Source: an uncultured Candidatus Saccharibacteria bacterium (GTDB lineage Bacteria; Patescibacteriota; Minisyncoccia; 2-02-FULL-40-12; GWA2-44-9). Taken from it: a stretch of DNA of 64,000 nt. The number at the start of each line of letters is the position of its first letter. Positions within the stretch are counted from its first letter, which is position 1. The stretch spans positions 71,303 to 135,302 of the forward strand of contig CAZENF010000001.1 in NCBI GenBank assembly GCA_964513645.1. The letters are read 5' to 3'. Position numbers and translations under genes: made by a program. The notes under the pieces are model-generated. The model made no database searches, was not told where the DNA came from, and saw nothing but the letters and a program-made list of their open reading frames with translations. Positions 60,331-64,000 of this stretch are shown one piece after another.

Positions 60331-60333
60331 TTA

Positions 60334-61248
60334 TTACAAAAATTTTCTTGCGACCAAGTAAGATAAATACCACACCCACGATATCGGCATATCAAATGAA
60401 CCGGGATATTCTTTTAAATCCCCTCCCCAGCCGAACTTGAACCGAGTTACGCCCGGCCATCGCTTAGCATCAACTCCCCAAAAATCATAATGTCTAATTC
60501 CATGCTTCCTCAGCCATTTAATTATTTCCCAATGCAGAGCATAGGGCGCCATCATTGCCCGATATTCATAATCTGAAGCACCGTGAAGATAATATCCGGT
60601 ATCTTGGTATATCAGTACTATCGCGCCGGCGACCGGCTTGCCGTCATGTTCGGCCAAAATAATATCGGTTTTTATTTCTCCCTTTTCTTTCAAAAAATTC
60701 AATAACTTTTCATAATAATTTTTTGAATGAGAGGAGAATTTATCACGCTCGGTGGTTTTCTGAAGTAATTTCCAAAATTCATCCACATTTCCACCTGATC
60801 TTGTTTTTATCCCGTGTTTTTCGGCAACTTTAATATTGTAACGTGTCTTTGAATGCATCTTGACCAATAATTCATCTTCCGAACGGTCGAGACCGAGAAC
60901 AACGGTCAGGTAGGGCTGGATCTGTTTTGACGAACGCTTAAAACCCCGCCGATAGATGAGCTCCGTCACCATATCAGACAAAGGTTCTATTTTTGCAAAT
61001 ATCGCACCTTCCTCGTAACTCAAATCTTTTAAATATTTCAAAAATATCCCAAGTTCATTCTTAACTCCGCCCTTAATATGTTCGAAATCTATTTCCGGGC
61101 CATGCGGAATATAAAGCATGCTTTTACCGAGCGGCAGTCCGAGCTTTATGATATTGGCCACAATCTTACCGTCGTCAAAGCGCCAGGTCTTGTGCCCGGC
61201 TTCTTTTTGAAAATCGAGCCATTCTTTTGTCTGTAAAAACGACTTCAT
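60334..61248 (-). CDS. FemAB-family peptidoglycan interpeptide-bridge aminoacyltransferase
   Basis: 304 aa. FemX-like GNAT-fold motifs (WRFDDGKIVANIIKLGLPLGKSMLYIPHGP). Confidence 0.7.
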   Translation of the reverse strand: MKSFLQTKEWLDFQKEAGHKTWRFDDGKIVANIIKLGLPLGKSMLYIPHGPEIDFEHIKGGVKNELGIFLKYLKDLSYEEGAIFAKIEPLSDMVTELIYRRGFKRSSKQIQPYLTVVLGLDRSEDELLVKMHSKTRYNIKVAEKHGIKTRSGGNVDEFWKLLQKTTERDKFSSHSKNYYEKLLNFLKEKGEIKTDIILAEHDGKPVAGAIVLIYQDTGYYLHGASDYEYRAMMAPYALHWEIIKWLRKHGIRHYDFWGVDAKRWPGVTRFKFGWGGDLKEYPGSFDMPISWVWYLSYLVARKFL

Positions 61249-61613
61249 TTTTTATCACTACCGACTACCCGGCTTATCGCAACAAAACCATATCCCCAAA
61301 GTATCGGCAGCCAAATCGGCATTATTCCAAGCAAGCTATAGCGGTTAAAAACTTCGACATTGGACAAGATAAAAATAAATTCAAAAAACATCATCAGAAC
61401 CATTCCGCCGAAAAATATTCCCCATTCTCCAGGATATTTTTTAAATTTAAAAATAGAAAAAATTATAAGGATATATACCGTCGCAAGCCAGTAATCATTC
61501 TGTATCACCGGCACCAATGCCACCATAAAAATTATGGGGATGGCATTCAAAATTATTTTATATAATTTGGACATCCGATAAATATGGCTGTGTGTAATTT
61601 TATTTATATTCAC
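61245..61613 (-). CDS. hypothetical small membrane protein
   Basis: Three to four TM helices. 122 aa. Confidence 0.3.
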   Translation of the reverse strand: MNINKITHSHIYRMSKLYKIILNAIPIIFMVALVPVIQNDYWLATVYILIIFSIFKFKKYPGEWGIFFGGMVLMMFFEFIFILSNVEVFNRYSLLGIMPIWLPILWGYGFVAISRVVGSDKK

Positions 61614-62073
61614 CGATAATCACTTTGGGTTTAATCCCTGATGCTCTGCATATCATGAGCCGAGTATTTCCGCTTACCAGATGCAAAATTCCGTCTTTTT
61701 TAATAATAGTTGGAATTTCTATCCCATGGCCGTTCTCAAATACCCTCAAAAGTTTTTTAAAATCACGTTTATTTTCAGAAGCTAATTCGCTGTTTGATTC
61801 ATCTATCGCCTGTCTGGCATCTTCGAAATGTCCAGGTCTCACGTTGTGATATGAATCCGTATTCTCGAGTGATGCCCAAAGTTCTTCTGTTAATTCAGTG
61901 GTCTCGGATTTATTTATAATATCGATGACGTGATCCACATTTTCTTTTGAAGGTTCTAAACCAAGAAAACCGATAACCACTCTTTCTATTTCACCTCTTT
62001 CAGATTCCATATCTGGCCGAACCCAGTTAACTTCAGCTATTTGTTCAATTATATCAGTCTCTATTTTTTCCAT
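61600..62073 (-). CDS. hypothetical protein
   Basis: 157 aa, acidic N-terminal half. No family recognised. Confidence 0.3.
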   Translation of the reverse strand: MEKIETDIIEQIAEVNWVRPDMESERGEIERVVIGFLGLEPSKENVDHVIDIINKSETTELTEELWASLENTDSYHNVRPGHFEDARQAIDESNSELASENKRDFKKLLRVFENGHGIEIPTIIKKDGILHLVSGNTRLMICRASGIKPKVIIGEYK

Positions 62074-62329
62074 AAAAATAAAATGTGAGATAGTTGGTTA
62101 TATTTATTTTAAAACCAGCGAAGCTCTTTTATTTCGTAGACCGTCTTTTTTCGAGCGGCTAAATGCTTAAATTAATTAAAAATTAAGTTATTCAACAAAT
62201 TTGAGGGGAGGTCTTCCGACGAGGCTCAAATTTGTTAGCTTAATTGAGATTAATTTAAACATTTAGCCATGAAGATAAAAAGTAGGTCGAAAAATGAAAG
62301 GGCAAAGCAATTAAAATAAATATCCCAAA

Positions 62330-62923
62330 CTATCTCTTCCCCAATATCTTTAACGCCTCCCTTACCCTTTCCTCCAAAGTTTTACCTTTTGATTCTTTCA
62401 AAGCCTCCTTGGCCTGATATTGAGTATAGCCAAGAGCCAGAAGTGCTTCGACGGCCTGACCCTCCTGACCCAAATCAACGCCTTTCATGTCGCCGATATC
62501 AAGAAAATCTATCTTATTCTTAAGCTCAAGCACCAAACGCTGGACGGTTTTGGGACCAAGTCCGGAAACTTTTTTTAAGTAATCTGCGTCTTCGTTCACG
62601 ACTGCAGCTTTTAAATGTTTGGGTTCAACGACTGACAGAATATTCATCGCACCTTTTGGACCAATGCCGGAGACCGAGGTCAACAAATGGAATAGGTCCA
62701 AATCCTCTGATTTATCGAATCCGTACATATCAAAAGTCCCTTCACGCATATTGAGTTGCGAATGAGTAAACAGCTTAACTTTGCCATTGACATCCTCCCT
62801 GGTTTTTGATAGAATATTCACTAACTTGGGAGAGACTATTACCCTGTACCCTATACCACCGGCACTCAAAACGACCTGTTTTTCACCCAAATGTTCAATT
62901 TTACCTTCGAGAAAACTGATCAT
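62330..62923 (-). CDS. ruvA: Holliday junction branch-migration protein RuvA
   Basis: N-terminal OB fold (MISFLEGKIEHLGEKQVVLSAGGIGYRV) and HhH pairs (GIGPKGA, GLGPKTVQRL). Confidence 0.85.
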   Translation of the reverse strand: MISFLEGKIEHLGEKQVVLSAGGIGYRVIVSPKLVNILSKTREDVNGKVKLFTHSQLNMREGTFDMYGFDKSEDLDLFHLLTSVSGIGPKGAMNILSVVEPKHLKAAVVNEDADYLKKVSGLGPKTVQRLVLELKNKIDFLDIGDMKGVDLGQEGQAVEALLALGYTQYQAKEALKESKGKTLEERVREALKILGKR

Positions 62924-63011
62924 ATATATAAGACTAACAAATGTTTAAACTAAGTTCAAAATTCCCCGCCTACGCTAAAGCTTCGGCAGGCAGCAGGCAT
63001 CCTAAATAAAA

Positions 63012-64000
63012 ATGTTCAAATTAACTTCAAAATACAAAGCTACCGGCGACCAGCCGGATGCAATCGCCAAACTGACCAAAGGATTAAAGGCCGGTAAAAA
63101 AGACCAGGTGCTTTTAGGTGTGACCGGCTCGGGCAAAACTTTCACCATGGCCCAGGTCATAGCCAATCACGGCAAACCAACCCTAATTATTTCTCATAAC
63201 AAAACTCTGGCCGCTCAGCTTTATAAAGAATTCAAAGAATTTTTCCCGAAGAATGCCGTTCATTATTTCGTCTCATATTACGACTACTACCAACCCGAGG
63301 CATATATCCCGCATACCGACACTTATATTGAAAAGGATTCAAAGATAAATGAAGAACTTGACCGCTTGCGTCATGCTACAACTCAGGCTCTCATGAGCCG
63401 TGATGATGTAATTATAATCGCCTCAGTCTCCTGTATCTATAACCTCGGCTCGCCGGAAGAATACAAGAATATGGGTCTTAATATTTTTGAAGGCCAAAAG
63501 ATAAAAGCCGATGAGTTCATCCGCGGACTTATCCGTTTACAATATGCTCAAGATATCGAATTAAAACGGGGCTGTTTCCGCAAAACCCGGAACGAAGTAG
63601 AACTAATGGGCCCGGATGGACAGAATATTTTCAAGGTTACTTTCGGTTCAAATAAATTACTTGGCGGCCAGGATAAGATAATAAAAATAATGCACGCCGG
63701 CATCACGGATCCGGAAGTGCTTGAAACGAACGAACCGGTTTTTGATAAAATAATTGAAACCACTATCCTGCCGGCTAAATACTGGCTAACCTCGGACAAC
63801 AAACTCGGCGTTGCTATCGAGAACATTAAAGGCGAGCTCCAGCAACATATGAAAGTTCTAAAGAAACAAAAGAAAGCCCAGGAAGCAGGCCGTTTATATG
63901 AAAAAACAATGCATGATATAGATATGATGAAACGGACTGGCTACTGTCACGGGATTGAGAACTATTCACGCCATATTGATTTTAGAAAACCTGGCGAACC
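63012..64000 (+). CDS. uvrB: excinuclease ABC subunit B (5' partial, it continues beyond the window)
   Basis: MFKLTSKYKATGDQPDAIAKLTKG...LLGVTGSGKTFTMAQVIA...YYDYYQPEAY, a near-canonical UvrB N-terminus. Confidence 0.9.
   Translation, partial: MFKLTSKYKATGDQPDAIAKLTKGLKAGKKDQVLLGVTGSGKTFTMAQVIANHGKPTLIISHNKTLAAQLYKEFKEFFPKNAVHYFVSYYDYYQPEAYIPHTDTYIEKDSKINEELDRLRHATTQALMSRDDVIIIASVSCIYNLGSPEEYKNMGLNIFEGQKIKADEFIRGLIRLQYAQDIELKRGCFRKTRNEVELMGPDGQNIFKVTFGSNKLLGGQDKIIKIMHAGITDPEVLETNEPVFDKIIETTILPAKYWLTSDNKLGVAIENIKGELQQHMKVLKKQKKAQEAGRLYEKTMHDIDMMKRTGYCHGIENYSRHIDFRKPGE

Noticed and set aside
60296-60333. T-box riboswitch regulating a downstream gene
   Set aside because: GGUGGAACGCCGGG next to a terminator resembles a T-box core, but no plus-strand gene follows within 900 nt and no specifier-loop or Stem I features could be identified. 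Kept only as a note under the large-RNA finding.

Overview
This is a low-GC (about 38-40%), compact bacterial chromosome fragment, about 60 kb of which is coded on the minus strand. The gene content suggests a reduced-genome, CPR/Patescibacteria-like organism: RpoA lacks the alpha C-terminal domain, atpC carries only its N-terminal domain, and the window holds PolX, FemAB and many small secreted or membrane hypotheticals. Main contents in order:
(1) A surface-glycan locus at 100-7632: an LCP-family gene, three GT2 and two GT1/GT4 genes and a Wzy-like gene.
(2) mreB and murA.
(3) An alpha-operon-type ribosomal cluster, infA-rpmJ-rpsM-rpsK-rpsD-rpoA-rplQ-rplM-rpsI. rpmJ is absent from the ORF track and was recovered by translating the sequence by eye.
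(4) dus, holB and murG.
(5) A four-gene minus-strand operon encoding a membrane NERD-domain protein and a membrane bPH/AlbA_2 (Schlafen-like) protein.
(6) A PQQ-type sugar dehydrogenase and an MgtA-like P-type ATPase that sits behind a long structured leader ending in a terminator hairpin.
(7) The full F1Fo ATP synthase operon atpBEFHAGDC.
(8) PolX, a subtilisin-like protease, family-4 UDG, DksA/TraR, MgtC, Lon, a beta-CASP MBL hydrolase, murE, FemAB, ruvA and a partial uvrB.
Several GC-rich islands stand out against the AT-rich background:
(a) A roughly 630-nt promoter-to-terminator structured non-coding region at 59.66-60.33 kb.
(b) A duplicated GC-rich 5'-leader element, with a conserved core and covarying terminal stems, that abuts the start codons of atpA and of a Wzy-like gene (38.70-38.84 kb and 48.28-48.43 kb).
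(c) A consensus promoter, a 170-nt structured 5' UTR and a small nucleotidyltransferase-fold ORF at 48.47-49.15 kb.
(d) An 800-bp GC-rich intergenic region at 18.9-19.7 kb, holding an element bounded by inverted repeats and a small ORF flanked by its own promoter and terminator.
No rRNA, tRNA, CRISPR array or transposase was found.
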